Positions 50,743-59,757 of a DNA stretch of 64,000 bases are shown here, piece by piece. This DNA is from an uncultured Candidatus Saccharibacteria bacterium. Lineage in GTDB: Bacteria > Patescibacteriota > Minisyncoccia > Phycocordibacterales > UBA918. Within the stretch, counting starts at the first letter, position 1, and every line of letters begins with the position of its first letter. The notes beneath the pieces are model-generated. The model was not told the DNA's origin, did not search any database, and saw nothing but the letters and a program-made list of their open reading frames with translations. A program made the position numbers and the translations under genes. Where the stretch lies: NCBI GenBank assembly GCA_964350985.1, contig CAYGLK010000001.1:457973-521972 (forward strand), read 5' to 3'.

Positions 50743-51105
50743 ATGAACGTCCAAAAGATTGCCCGTTGGATCATTGTCACCGCATTGCTTTTTATGGGGT
50801 TGGCAGCTACTTTGCAATTTTTGATAAAACTTAGTGGAGAGACATTACCACTGAGTTTTACCGATCTGTGCCTATGGCTAATCATGTGTGGTGTCTGTCT
50901 CAAAGCCGCCCTGACACAACGAAAAGCCTGGGCAATAACCGGACTCCTGAGTATATTCCTTACTCTGGTCAAGAGTGTTGAACTTTCACTGTTCTACGTC
51001 GAAAACCACTCAATTTCATTGGTCATAACGCTTCTTGTGGCGCTACACTTGTCGACCATGGTAATTCCACAAAGTACTCGTGGTCAACGAGTGATTGCTC
51101 ACTAG
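50743..51105 (+). CDS. 4-TM hypothetical membrane protein (cassette)
   Basis: GAGG RBS before MNVQK; TTGACA upstream; terminator downstream. Confidence 0.6.
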   Translation: MNVQKIARWIIVTALLFMGLAATLQFLIKLSGETLPLSFTDLCLWLIMCGVCLKAALTQRKAWAITGLLSIFLTLVKSVELSLFYVENHSISLVITLLVALHLSTMVIPQSTRGQRVIAH

Positions 51106-51240
51106 AAGCCCGAGGACATAATTCAAATAGCGACACTGCACCAAGGTGCAAAGAAATGCCCCGCTTTCTTGCGGGGCAACTTTTTTATTAAATTTTAGTT
51201 AAAAGCAAAACTTTTAATATTGAAATCGAATTGATTAAAA

Positions 51241-51305
51241 GGTTCCAATTCGTACTACATAGGGTCACGAGTACAAAAAAGAGCGCCTTTGGGCGCTTTT
51301 TTGTT
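51241..51305 (+). repeat. cassette junction, copy 3, with a copy of the tRNA-Glu terminator
   Basis: 28-mer then GAGTACAAAAAAGAGCGCC..GGCGCTTTTTTGT, matching 46364-46400. Confidence 0.9.
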
Positions 51306-51338
51306 TGTAATTTTAAAATAATTTAGTATTTAAATTAA

Positions 51339-51596
51339 TTACGTTAGAGACACATACCAAGAAATCACAGTATAACCAAAGTAAGAACAAAGAACGATTC
51401 CAGCTATGGCTAATATATAGTGACCTTTAGCCATGTTTTGACCCTTACCTTTATACAATGCTATAACTCCCGACAAGAAACCAACTGGTGCAAGAAAAAT
51501 AATGAAGCCAGGAGCTAAAAAACACGCAACTCCGCTGACAACAGATGTAATAGCATACTCTTTACTATTCTGCTTTTTTAATTTAAAACTATCCAT
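51339..51596 (-). CDS. small membrane protein (DUF4190-like)
   Basis: AITSVVSG...SGVIAL...GHYILAIAGIV pattern. Confidence 0.6.
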   Translation of the reverse strand: MDSFKLKKQNSKEYAITSVVSGVACFLAPGFIIFLAPVGFLSGVIALYKGKGQNMAKGHYILAIAGIVLCSYFGYTVISWYVSLT

Positions 51597-51668
51597 AAAA
51601 ATCTAGTTTACTCTTATAAAGTTTCTTTCTAAAGTATGGTTTAGTTTAGTAACTTAGTCAACGAACAC

Positions 51669-51689
51669 AATCGTACTACATAGGCTCAC
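51669..51689 (+). repeat. degenerate cassette junction, copy 4
   Basis: AATCGTACTACATAGGCTCAC followed by a long hairpin. Confidence 0.75.
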
Positions 51690-51751
51690 AAAATTAAAAA
51701 GACTAAGATATAAAATCTTGGTCTTTTTAATTTTGTGAAAAAATACTAATC

Positions 51752-52624
51752 CTAAATCCCCGCCTCAATATAGTAATCTTCTGAACCATACAATGTGTAT
51801 CCGTCTTCTGCTTCAGCTGCAAAGACATTTACTGGCTTTCCTATATGTGACTCCAGTCCGCCAATACCATCCTCGAATCTCACCTCACCAACAGTATCTC
51901 TAGACCAGCCTCGTAAGAGTATAATTGTCTTTCCTTCTACTGTAGCGCTACAAATACCGTCTGCAAAACAACTAGTATTGACGGCTTCTAGAGTCCCTCC
52001 GAAAGCTACTGTCCCTTCAGGTAACTTTGAATCATCTTTATCTACTGCTTCTTTACTAACTACTTCTACAAGACGATACTCATAGACACTGGCGTCTGCT
52101 GGTACTGATTCACGCTCTGTTCTCTCAACAATCAATTCATATGAATAGCCAGACTCAAATTCAAAACCATCAATAGAGTCGTAAAAGTATTCACCGTTTA
52201 CTATTAGGCATTCCATCTCACCTTCTCCAGTACAAGGCTTTCGTTCTGGTTCAATATTAAAGGTAAGTAGATTTTCGTCATTCTCACCCACTGGCATAGC
52301 AGCTTCAAAAACCGCCTCGCCTCTTACTTCTAACATTGCTTCTCCTTGATGTTCCCAAAATACAATAGATTCATCATCGTTAGTATATTTTGCTCCAGAT
52401 GCAGATATAGAGCGTTCTAGTTCATATTGAACGCCACTTAGACTAATCTGAGCGTAGTCAGCACCATCACTATATTGAACAGTAAATTGTCGATCATCCT
52501 CAATAAATGTTACTGGTTCAGTCACATAAACAACTTCCTTTTCGGTAGTACTATTGTTAGCAAATAATGCGTAGCTAACCAAGACAACAAAAACAAGCGC
52601 TAAAATCAAAAACAATTTTTTCAT
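51752..52624 (-). CDS. secreted MliC-like and DUF4377-like multidomain protein
   Basis: SASGAKY...FWEHQGEA (MliC); IDGFEFESGY.Y.L.V...PADAS..Y.L (DUF4377). Confidence 0.7.
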   Translation of the reverse strand: MKKLFLILALVFVVLVSYALFANNSTTEKEVVYVTEPVTFIEDDRQFTVQYSDGADYAQISLSGVQYELERSISASGAKYTNDDESIVFWEHQGEAMLEVRGEAVFEAAMPVGENDENLLTFNIEPERKPCTGEGEMECLIVNGEYFYDSIDGFEFESGYSYELIVERTERESVPADASVYEYRLVEVVSKEAVDKDDSKLPEGTVAFGGTLEAVNTSCFADGICSATVEGKTIILLRGWSRDTVGEVRFEDGIGGLESHIGKPVNVFAAEAEDGYTLYGSEDYYIEAGI

Positions 52625-52735
52625 AGATATATTGCTACTTTTAATATACTAAGGTTATCAAATCTACTGGATAATGTAAAAAGGACCTGATTTTTTAAGA
52701 TCGCCATCTCCCTCTTTATCTGCTAGGATGCCAAT

Positions 52736-53308
52736 ATGAAAATAACGTCAGCAAAGTTTGTTCGAGGAGTTAAGGGCGATAACGGTATTCTAGAAAATGG
52801 AATTCCTCAGATTGCTTTTATTGGCCGTTCTAATGTTGGAAAATCTAGTCTCCTCAATTCACTTACTAACTCAAAAAATCTAGCAATCACTAGTAAGACG
52901 CCAGGACGAACTAAAGAGATCAATGTCTTTTCAATCAATGACACCCATTACTTCATGGACCTACCTGGATACGGTTTTGCTAAGACCGAAATAAAAATCT
53001 GGGAGAAACTCGGAAAGCTTATCTATTGGTACCTCTTTGATTCAAAACACAATCCCAGAGTCGTACTATTGGTTGATGCTGAAGTAGGGCCAACACACTC
53101 TGACTTAGAGATGCTTGGAGAACTAGAGAGAGCCGGCAAAGATATTGTAGTTGTCTTAAATAAAGTTGATAAAATCAAAAAATCACAGTACTTAAACCGC
53201 TTAAAAGACCTTGGCAAACAACTTCGTGGACACAAACTCTTCCCCTACTCTTCCAAAACTAAGTTAGGAGTAGAAGAACTAACTAATGAACTTTTAAAGA
53301 AAAATTAG
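52736..53308 (+). CDS. engB: ribosome biogenesis GTPase EngB/YihA
   Basis: GRSNVGKSSL, SKTPGRT, DLPGYG, NKVD. Confidence 0.95.
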   Translation: MKITSAKFVRGVKGDNGILENGIPQIAFIGRSNVGKSSLLNSLTNSKNLAITSKTPGRTKEINVFSINDTHYFMDLPGYGFAKTEIKIWEKLGKLIYWYLFDSKHNPRVVLLVDAEVGPTHSDLEMLGELERAGKDIVVVLNKVDKIKKSQYLNRLKDLGKQLRGHKLFPYSSKTKLGVEELTNELLKKN

Positions 53309-53320
53309 TTAATCTCTTCT

Positions 53321-56300
53321 TTACAAAATCCTCACCGCTCCATTGTCAGCATCGACCTCGACCCTATCACCGTTTTTCAAAACCTGGGTTGCTTTTTCTG
53401 TTCCAATTACACAAGGGATATTGAGTTCACGAGCAACAATAGCAGCATGACATGTCACTCCTCCTCTGTTGGTAATTATTGCACCAGCCTGGGACATTAG
53501 TGGTAAAAATGTCGGCGAGGTCATATCACAAACCAAAACATCACCCTTACTGAATTTATCTGAAGCTGGATCTGTAACAACAGAAACTGTACCACTGTAC
53601 TTTCCTAAACAAGCTGTTTGTCCATTAAGATCACCTTTTACTTCAGATGCATTAATACTTGGTATTTGTTGTGTGATTAGACGATTATAGTCAATAAACC
53701 ACAGCCCTTGATCTGTATCCACTGTTTCAAAATAGCCATTTAAGTAGTCAAAACTAAATGTTCCATTTAACTGTTTTGAAATCTCAGCTTTTTGCGTCTC
53801 GTTAACTTTCAAATAACTAACCACTTTTTTAAGATGCTCCTCTGCTTCTTTATTAGCAGGTACAAGTTTCCATTCGTTGAAATCATACTCGAAAGAAATC
53901 GGTGTGTTTTCTAAGTAAAATCCTTGGGTTAATTTTTCATGAGAGTCAGCAATAACTTCGCCGCGAATACCTGATTCACTGACTACAAATATGGTCGACC
54001 AATAACTGATGTCTGCATCAGGAACAAAATCCGCTCGATACTTTGAAGGATCGACTTCTTGTTCAACTAACCAAGTTTCGACCACTTCTCGCACAGTCTT
54101 ACCTCTCATTCTTAGCTTCTTCAAATTATTATCCAAAGGGATCAAACGTAGGGCACATTTTTCACTACCATGGTTTTCTAAATATGATTTAAATTCATCT
54201 GATCTATCAACTACATCACTTAAACTAAACTGGGTTGGTCTATCGAATGGTATCCCAGTAATTTCATTCAAAACAGCTAGCCGTTCTCTCTTCTCATTAT
54301 CCTCATCCCGATGTTTTGCAGCGTCTTCATGACTCATATTTCCAAGCCATTCCGTCAAGGAAATTTGCTTATCAAAAAATTCTTCTTTAGGTGCAGTCAC
54401 ATCAGTAGGCAATGAATCATTCTTCTCCAAAATCCTCACCACTCCCTTATCTGCATCGACCTCGACTAAGTCTCCGTCTTTTAATATTTCAGTCGCTACT
54501 TTGGTTCCTACTACACAAGGTTTTCTAAATTCTCGGGCAACAATTGCAGCGTGACAAATAACTCCACCTTCGTCAGTAACAAAAGCTGCGGCTTTTCTCA
54601 TAGCGTCAATATATGCAGGAGTGGTCATTCCAGCAACCAAAATTTCACCCTCCTTAAGCAACTTACTATCTTCTTGAGTCTGGATGATTCTCACCTTACC
54701 TTGTACCACACCAGCAAAAGCAACCTTTCCTTCTAAGAGGTTACTCTTCTGAACTTCAGTTTTTTCCAACCCCTGAGCCATGGCAAATTCTTCAACCTGT
54801 TTTTTACCAAAGAAAAACTCATAACGGTCACCTTGTGAAAGTATGGCAAAGTGAGTTTTACGTTCTTCCAATTCTTCGACACTTGGCAAAGTATCTGCCT
54901 CAGCCCACTGATAAAATTCCTTTTCAGTGAGCCGTAACAATGAATCGTCTAAACCTAGGGCTTTCAAAGTCTCACGCAAGGCCCAATTTGCTCTAACTAA
55001 AGCTGTTTTTCCTTCGTCATGTAAATAAGAAAGCTTCTGTACAATACTGGCTAACCATTGTTCATATTCCGAGAATTGAGTTTGGGTAAAATCAGAACTT
55101 TCGTTAATTTCCAAAACATTGCCTTGCAAAATTCTCTTGTAATCAGCAGCATTCCAACTCTTAGAGACATATTCTGAATGTATGAAACCATACTCTTTCG
55201 CTAGATTTTCTGCTTGTTCATTCAACCACTCAGCTGATTTATTTGTAATTTCATTTTGAATTAAATAGATTGCTTGAGATTCTCTAGCAATCAAAGTTCG
55301 GCTATGGGGACGTAACAATTCTTCTTTTATGGGTAAAAAACGATCCCCCAAAGACTCTTTAAGAAACTCCAACGGCACCTTACTACAGCTTAGTCCGAAT
55401 AACATATAACCCATGTTTCTTCGGAAAGTTTTATATAAAAACAAAGCGTCTGTTTTTGTTTCTCCGGGGACAATTTTAAGATCAGTTTTGATTTGAGTGA
55501 TTACTTTTTCAATGTTTTCTTCCAATTCCTTTGATACATTTTTACAATACTCATGTAGGTTGGTACGTTCATTTATTGGAGCGTTCTTGCCGAAAAAAAT
55601 TGGCAACACGACATCATTCTTGAGTATTAAATCATTTCTAGAGCCAAAGTAGACTGGACCAATATTTATTTTTTCTCTACGAGCACTGATGTTGGCATCC
55701 CAATGGAGTAAATCTTGAGTACGTGCTGCCATTTTTTGCCAAGCTACTTCAGTAGTTGAATTTGTTGCTATTTTGTCTGCCTCTTTATTAGTAGGTTTAG
55801 TTACTGAAAGTGTCGTAATCGGGCGACTTTGGACAATATAAAAAGCATTGTTTTCAAAAGCCCACTCTATATCACAAGGAAATCCATAATGATCTTCAAT
55901 AGTGACAATAATATTCGCCAGTTCAGATATTTGTTCTTTATCTAAAACTTGTTGATCAGCTTGCTCTGGTGAAAGTTCGATCCATTCATTAAAACCGTGT
56001 TCTGCATCCAACTTAGTTGAGCGATATAAGGCCTTGTTTTGGCTACTAACGTTAATATCTAAAATATCTCTTGGTTCTTTGGTAACAACATAAGCATCTG
56101 GAGTAACAGAACCAGAAACGATTGCTTCGCCAAGACCAAATCCGGCTTCAATGATTATTTGATTATAATCTTCAGTTACCGGATGTACAGAAAAAGCGAT
56201 TCCAGATTTTTCGGAATTGACCATTTTTTGAACCACAACCGCCACTGAAATATGTGTCGTGTTTAATCCCTTTTCAAAACGATAGAAAATAGCTCTTGGA

Positions 56301-56761
56301 GTAAAAAGACTTGCCCAACAACTTTTAACTTGCTGGAGTAGGGTATCTTTGGTGGTATTGAGATATGAAGACAGTTGCCCAGCCCAAGCATGATCAGCAC
56401 CATCTTCTGCAGTGGCTGAAGAGCGTACAGCCACATATTCCATCTTGTAGTTACCATATTGTTCAAGGACTTCGTCAGCAATAGCTTGTGGCATTGTGGC
56501 ACGCATGATCAAGGATTGAATCTTTTCTGAAGCACTATCTACTGTATGAATTACTTTATGATCGACAGTATTCAAAACCGCCTCAATCTCTTGAATGAGG
56601 TCTGTTTCCTTAATAAAATAATCAAAAGTATCCGCCGTCACCACAAAGCCGTCAGGTACTGGAATATTAGCCGCTAACATCTCCCCTAAGGAAGCTCCTT
56701 TCCCTCCAGCAATATGAGCATCTTTTTTGGTCAGATCACTAAATTTCTGAGTGTATTTCAT
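53321..56761 (-). CDS. PEP synthase-like / rifampin phosphotransferase-like protein with two phospho-His swivel domains
   Basis: GGKGASLGE, AVRSSATAED, QSRPITT ATP-grasp; CHAAIVARE occurs twice. Confidence 0.8.
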   Translation of the reverse strand: MKYTQKFSDLTKKDAHIAGGKGASLGEMLAANIPVPDGFVVTADTFDYFIKETDLIQEIEAVLNTVDHKVIHTVDSASEKIQSLIMRATMPQAIADEVLEQYGNYKMEYVAVRSSATAEDGADHAWAGQLSSYLNTTKDTLLQQVKSCWASLFTPRAIFYRFEKGLNTTHISVAVVVQKMVNSEKSGIAFSVHPVTEDYNQIIIEAGFGLGEAIVSGSVTPDAYVVTKEPRDILDINVSSQNKALYRSTKLDAEHGFNEWIELSPEQADQQVLDKEQISELANIIVTIEDHYGFPCDIEWAFENNAFYIVQSRPITTLSVTKPTNKEADKIATNSTTEVAWQKMAARTQDLLHWDANISARREKINIGPVYFGSRNDLILKNDVVLPIFFGKNAPINERTNLHEYCKNVSKELEENIEKVITQIKTDLKIVPGETKTDALFLYKTFRRNMGYMLFGLSCSKVPLEFLKESLGDRFLPIKEELLRPHSRTLIARESQAIYLIQNEITNKSAEWLNEQAENLAKEYGFIHSEYVSKSWNAADYKRILQGNVLEINESSDFTQTQFSEYEQWLASIVQKLSYLHDEGKTALVRANWALRETLKALGLDDSLLRLTEKEFYQWAEADTLPSVEELEERKTHFAILSQGDRYEFFFGKKQVEEFAMAQGLEKTEVQKSNLLEGKVAFAGVVQGKVRIIQTQEDSKLLKEGEILVAGMTTPAYIDAMRKAAAFVTDEGGVICHAAIVAREFRKPCVVGTKVATEILKDGDLVEVDADKGVVRILEKNDSLPTDVTAPKEEFFDKQISLTEWLGNMSHEDAAKHRDEDNEKRERLAVLNEITGIPFDRPTQFSLSDVVDRSDEFKSYLENHGSEKCALRLIPLDNNLKKLRMRGKTVREVVETWLVEQEVDPSKYRADFVPDADISYWSTIFVVSESGIRGEVIADSHEKLTQGFYLENTPISFEYDFNEWKLVPANKEAEEHLKKVVSYLKVNETQKAEISKQLNGTFSFDYLNGYFETVDTDQGLWFIDYNRLITQQIPSINASEVKGDLNGQTACLGKYSGTVSVVTDPASDKFSKGDVLVCDMTSPTFLPLMSQAGAIITNRGGVTCHAAIVARELNIPCVIGTEKATQVLKNGDRVEVDADNGAVRIL

Positions 56762-56845
56762 GATTTTCATTATATATCAATGAGATCTGAAAAGAAATTA
56801 GTCGTACAATAGACCTGCTTAAACCTATGTTGTAGACTTAATAAT

Positions 56846-57586
56846 ATGTCCAGAACACGAATTATTTTCTACGGTGTCATTTCTATACTAATGGTCATTT
56901 CTGCGTTTCTGTTATTTATAATTATAAGTAATAACTCAGAAAAAAATATTGACCAACAAGAAATGACCGAAAATGCTACTGAGATAAATACAACCACTCT
57001 TGAATTGACAGAAGAAGTTACTATAGAGAAATCTATAACTAGCACGCCTTCGACAACCACTTTAAATACCACCCCTAAGGCTGAAGAAATCAAAGTTGAC
57101 TTGCCAGTAGTAAAACCTGAAACAACTCAATTTACTTTTGATCCTTTAATAATACTCGCAGCACACAACACTATACGAGGAGATGTTGGTATTGCTCAAC
57201 TTACCTATTCAAAAACACTGGCACGGGATGCCCAAAAGTGGAGTGACAAACTACAATATAATGATTGTGAAATAAAACATGACCCAAAAACAAACTACGG
57301 TGAAAACTTATACTGGGCTTCACAAACTGGTAACATTGAAGACGGACTGATCGCCACACCCAAAGGAGTAGTAAATTCGTGGGCAGCTGAAAAAGTTGAT
57401 TATAATTACGCTGAAAATAGTTGTGTACCAGGAAAGCAGTGTGGTCACTATACACAAATAGTTTGGGAAGAAACTTCAGAAGTTGGTTGTGGAGTAAGCG
57501 TCTGTCGAAACGGAAACTCCCAGAAAGAAATATGGGTCTGTCGCTACAATCCCCCCGGAAACTACATTGGAGAAAAACCTTACTAA
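56846..57586 (+). CDS. CAP/PR-1 domain protein with N-terminal anchor
   Basis: AHN..R, GENLYW, GHYTQIVW, CRYNPPGN. Confidence 0.9.
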   Translation: MSRTRIIFYGVISILMVISAFLLFIIISNNSEKNIDQQEMTENATEINTTTLELTEEVTIEKSITSTPSTTTLNTTPKAEEIKVDLPVVKPETTQFTFDPLIILAAHNTIRGDVGIAQLTYSKTLARDAQKWSDKLQYNDCEIKHDPKTNYGENLYWASQTGNIEDGLIATPKGVVNSWAAEKVDYNYAENSCVPGKQCGHYTQIVWEETSEVGCGVSVCRNGNSQKEIWVCRYNPPGNYIGEKPY

Positions 57587-57616
57587 TTTTTAAATCGTTA
57601 AAAGAAGAAGGGGACA

Positions 57617-58615
57617 TTAACAATTCAACGCTTTGCGCCAACCCGCTTCTAGCGCTTCTTGTTCAGAGCAAAACCACCGCTCCCCAGCCTCCTCGTTAAT
57701 TCTAGTCTGGTTATAAGATTGGCAACCAGGCACATGATAGATTTTAACTTCATCAGAATTGATATTTCCTTTGACTACACACTGTGAACCAGAGCTAGAT
57801 TGAACCACCGGTACTACAGGAGACACGACTGGAGCTACTTCACTAACACTCTCATTCTCACAACCTTCTCCCCAAAGCCCTGTTCCTAATTTTCTAGCTT
57901 CTTGTTCTGCACTCAGAAAGACATCATTATAAGCAACATCTGGAGGATAAGTAGAGACATTAGCATAACCTTCTTTTACTAGAGTTAAATTTACGAAAAT
58001 ATCATCGACATACACATATCGAAGCAATCTCCCGTACTTATCTGTCTCGCTCACATCTTTTACTAATCTGACCTGTTTCCCTGCAACCAACTCTTTATTT
58101 TTGCTTGAAGCTTCTGCACCAAAACATTCCACTGGCTTACTTGGATGAACTGTTTCTGGTGTATTAACACCAATATAACGAACCCGTTTATTTTCTCCGT
58201 CAATTAAAACATCAATTGTATCGCCATCAACTACTCTCGTGACAAGGTAAGTTTCTGCTTCATTCTGAGAATCTGAGTCTGAAACTTTATTTATTGTCTC
58301 GATACCCTGCTCTGTACTTGAATATTCTTTAAGTAATTCTGAATCACTGACAATATTTTCTTCATCAAAAATTCCTACTTTGGTGTCTGTAATATTTACA
58401 ACCTCTACTGCTGCAGTATTAGCTATTGGCACTTCTGGAGCAGTCATCCCAAAACCAACGACAGACACAAACCAAAGTAAGCCGTAAATTAGTAAATTTT
58501 GCTTCCTGGTTAGAGTGCGCTTATACAGACGTTGGAGGAAATTAGGAAAGATCAGACCTAGAACTAGAAGTGGCCCAGATAAGACAAAGAGAGAAAGAAA
58601 AATATACTCCACCAA
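57617..58615 (-). CDS. membrane-anchored thermonuclease (SNase) with C-terminal Cys-rich domain
   Basis: RVVDGDTI, VRYIGVNTPE, DKYGRLLRYV; KGNI...YHVPG...WFCSE.EA..AGWR. Confidence 0.88.
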   Translation of the reverse strand: MVEYIFLSLFVLSGPLLVLGLIFPNFLQRLYKRTLTRKQNLLIYGLLWFVSVVGFGMTAPEVPIANTAAVEVVNITDTKVGIFDEENIVSDSELLKEYSSTEQGIETINKVSDSDSQNEAETYLVTRVVDGDTIDVLIDGENKRVRYIGVNTPETVHPSKPVECFGAEASSKNKELVAGKQVRLVKDVSETDKYGRLLRYVYVDDIFVNLTLVKEGYANVSTYPPDVAYNDVFLSAEQEARKLGTGLWGEGCENESVSEVAPVVSPVVPVVQSSSGSQCVVKGNINSDEVKIYHVPGCQSYNQTRINEEAGERWFCSEQEALEAGWRKALNC

Positions 58616-58696
58616 AGTATATTACCGTATTCTTGTCATTGGATCACTTTTTTCCGAGTGTTATAATTGAGATATTACTATTGAATATTTAAATAT

Positions 58697-59050
58697 ATGA
58701 CAACACAAGAAATTGCTGATCGTTTAGTAGCTTTAAATCGTGAAAATAATCACGAACTAGCTTACAAAGAACTTTACTCTGAAGATATTTTAAGTATTGA
58801 AAACTGGGACGGAGAAAGAACTGAACATAAAGGGATGGATGCTATTAAGAAAAAAGGTGAAGGCTGGTACGCTAGTGTAGCTGAAATACACGAGACAACC
58901 TGCAGTGAACCGCTAGTAGCCGACAACAGCTTTGCAGTTACTTTTTTCATGGATATTACCTACAAAGACGCTGGCCGACAAAGCATGACAGAACTCGCTG
59001 TCTATACTGTTAAAGACGGAAAGATTGTAGAGGAGGAATTTAAAGGCTAA
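58697..59050 (+). CDS. SnoaL/NTF2-like protein
   Basis: ELYSEDI.SIE, ELAVYTVKDGKIVEEEF. Confidence 0.8.
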   Translation: MTTQEIADRLVALNRENNHELAYKELYSEDILSIENWDGERTEHKGMDAIKKKGEGWYASVAEIHETTCSEPLVADNSFAVTFFMDITYKDAGRQSMTELAVYTVKDGKIVEEEFKG

Positions 59051-59098
59051 GGATATAAAACGAAAAACCGCTTGGATTTTATCCAAGCGGTTTTTTGT

Positions 59099-59581
59099 TT
59101 AGTCCTTTTTAAAAGATTTCTTCAACTTCTTCACATCCGCCAAAAGCTGGAGAGCGTGGCTGGCTGGATCGACTTCAGGATAGGCCGCTGCAATCTTCCC
59201 TTCTGGATCAACTACATAAGTAATACGATTAGTACCACGGACCACTTTCCCATACATTTTCTTTTCAACAAACGCTCCGTATTTATCCATCATCTCCATA
59301 GTTGGATCGGAAAGTAAGGTAAACGGAAGATTATATTTTTCGGCAAATTTCTTATGTGATTTTGGTGTGTCTTTACTAACTCCAAAGACAGTTACTCCCT
59401 GTCGTTTAAAATCTTTATAGACATCAGCAATAGCACAAGCCTCTTTCGTACATCCTGGAGTATCGTCCTTTGGATAAAAATAAATGACTATCCAATTACC
59501 TAAAGAAGTTTTTAAAGACTGTGTTTTATTATCTTGATCAAGCAACTTAAATAAGGGTGCCTTCCTACCAATTTTAAACAT
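59099..59581 (-). CDS. bcp: peroxiredoxin Bcp
   Basis: YFYPKDDTPGCTKEAC. Confidence 0.93.
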   Translation of the reverse strand: MFKIGRKAPLFKLLDQDNKTQSLKTSLGNWIVIYFYPKDDTPGCTKEACAIADVYKDFKRQGVTVFGVSKDTPKSHKKFAEKYNLPFTLLSDPTMEMMDKYGAFVEKKMYGKVVRGTNRITYVVDPEGKIAAAYPEVDPASHALQLLADVKKLKKSFKKD

Positions 59582-59587
59582 ACAGGG

Positions 59588-59683
59588 TTATAGACTGACT
59601 GTTGCCCAATAGTGACCTAAAGCAAATGTAAAAGCTAAAGAGATAAACCAAACCGCCAACTGATTCTTAGATAAATTTTTCAT
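59588..59683 (-). CDS. 31-aa hydrophobic peptide (not in ORF track)
   Basis: Manual translation MKNLSKNQLAVWFISLAFTFALGHYWATVSL*, stop 6 nt before bcp start. Confidence 0.5.
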   Translation of the reverse strand: MKNLSKNQLAVWFISLAFTFALGHYWATVSL

Positions 59684-59757
59684 AGACAAAATATAAAATG
59701 ATTAATAACTCTGTTAATTATACTCTTTAGATTGAGTAAGTTCTGGGCTATGAACAC

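Noticed and set aside
47100-51268. Junction repeats as integron attC sites
   Set aside because: No RYYYAAC...GTTRRRY palindromic organisation and no intI; the core matches the tRNA-Glu end instead.
47100-51689. 28-bp repeats as a CRISPR array
   Set aside because: Spacing is 0.4-3.5 kb with whole genes in between, and there are no cas genes.
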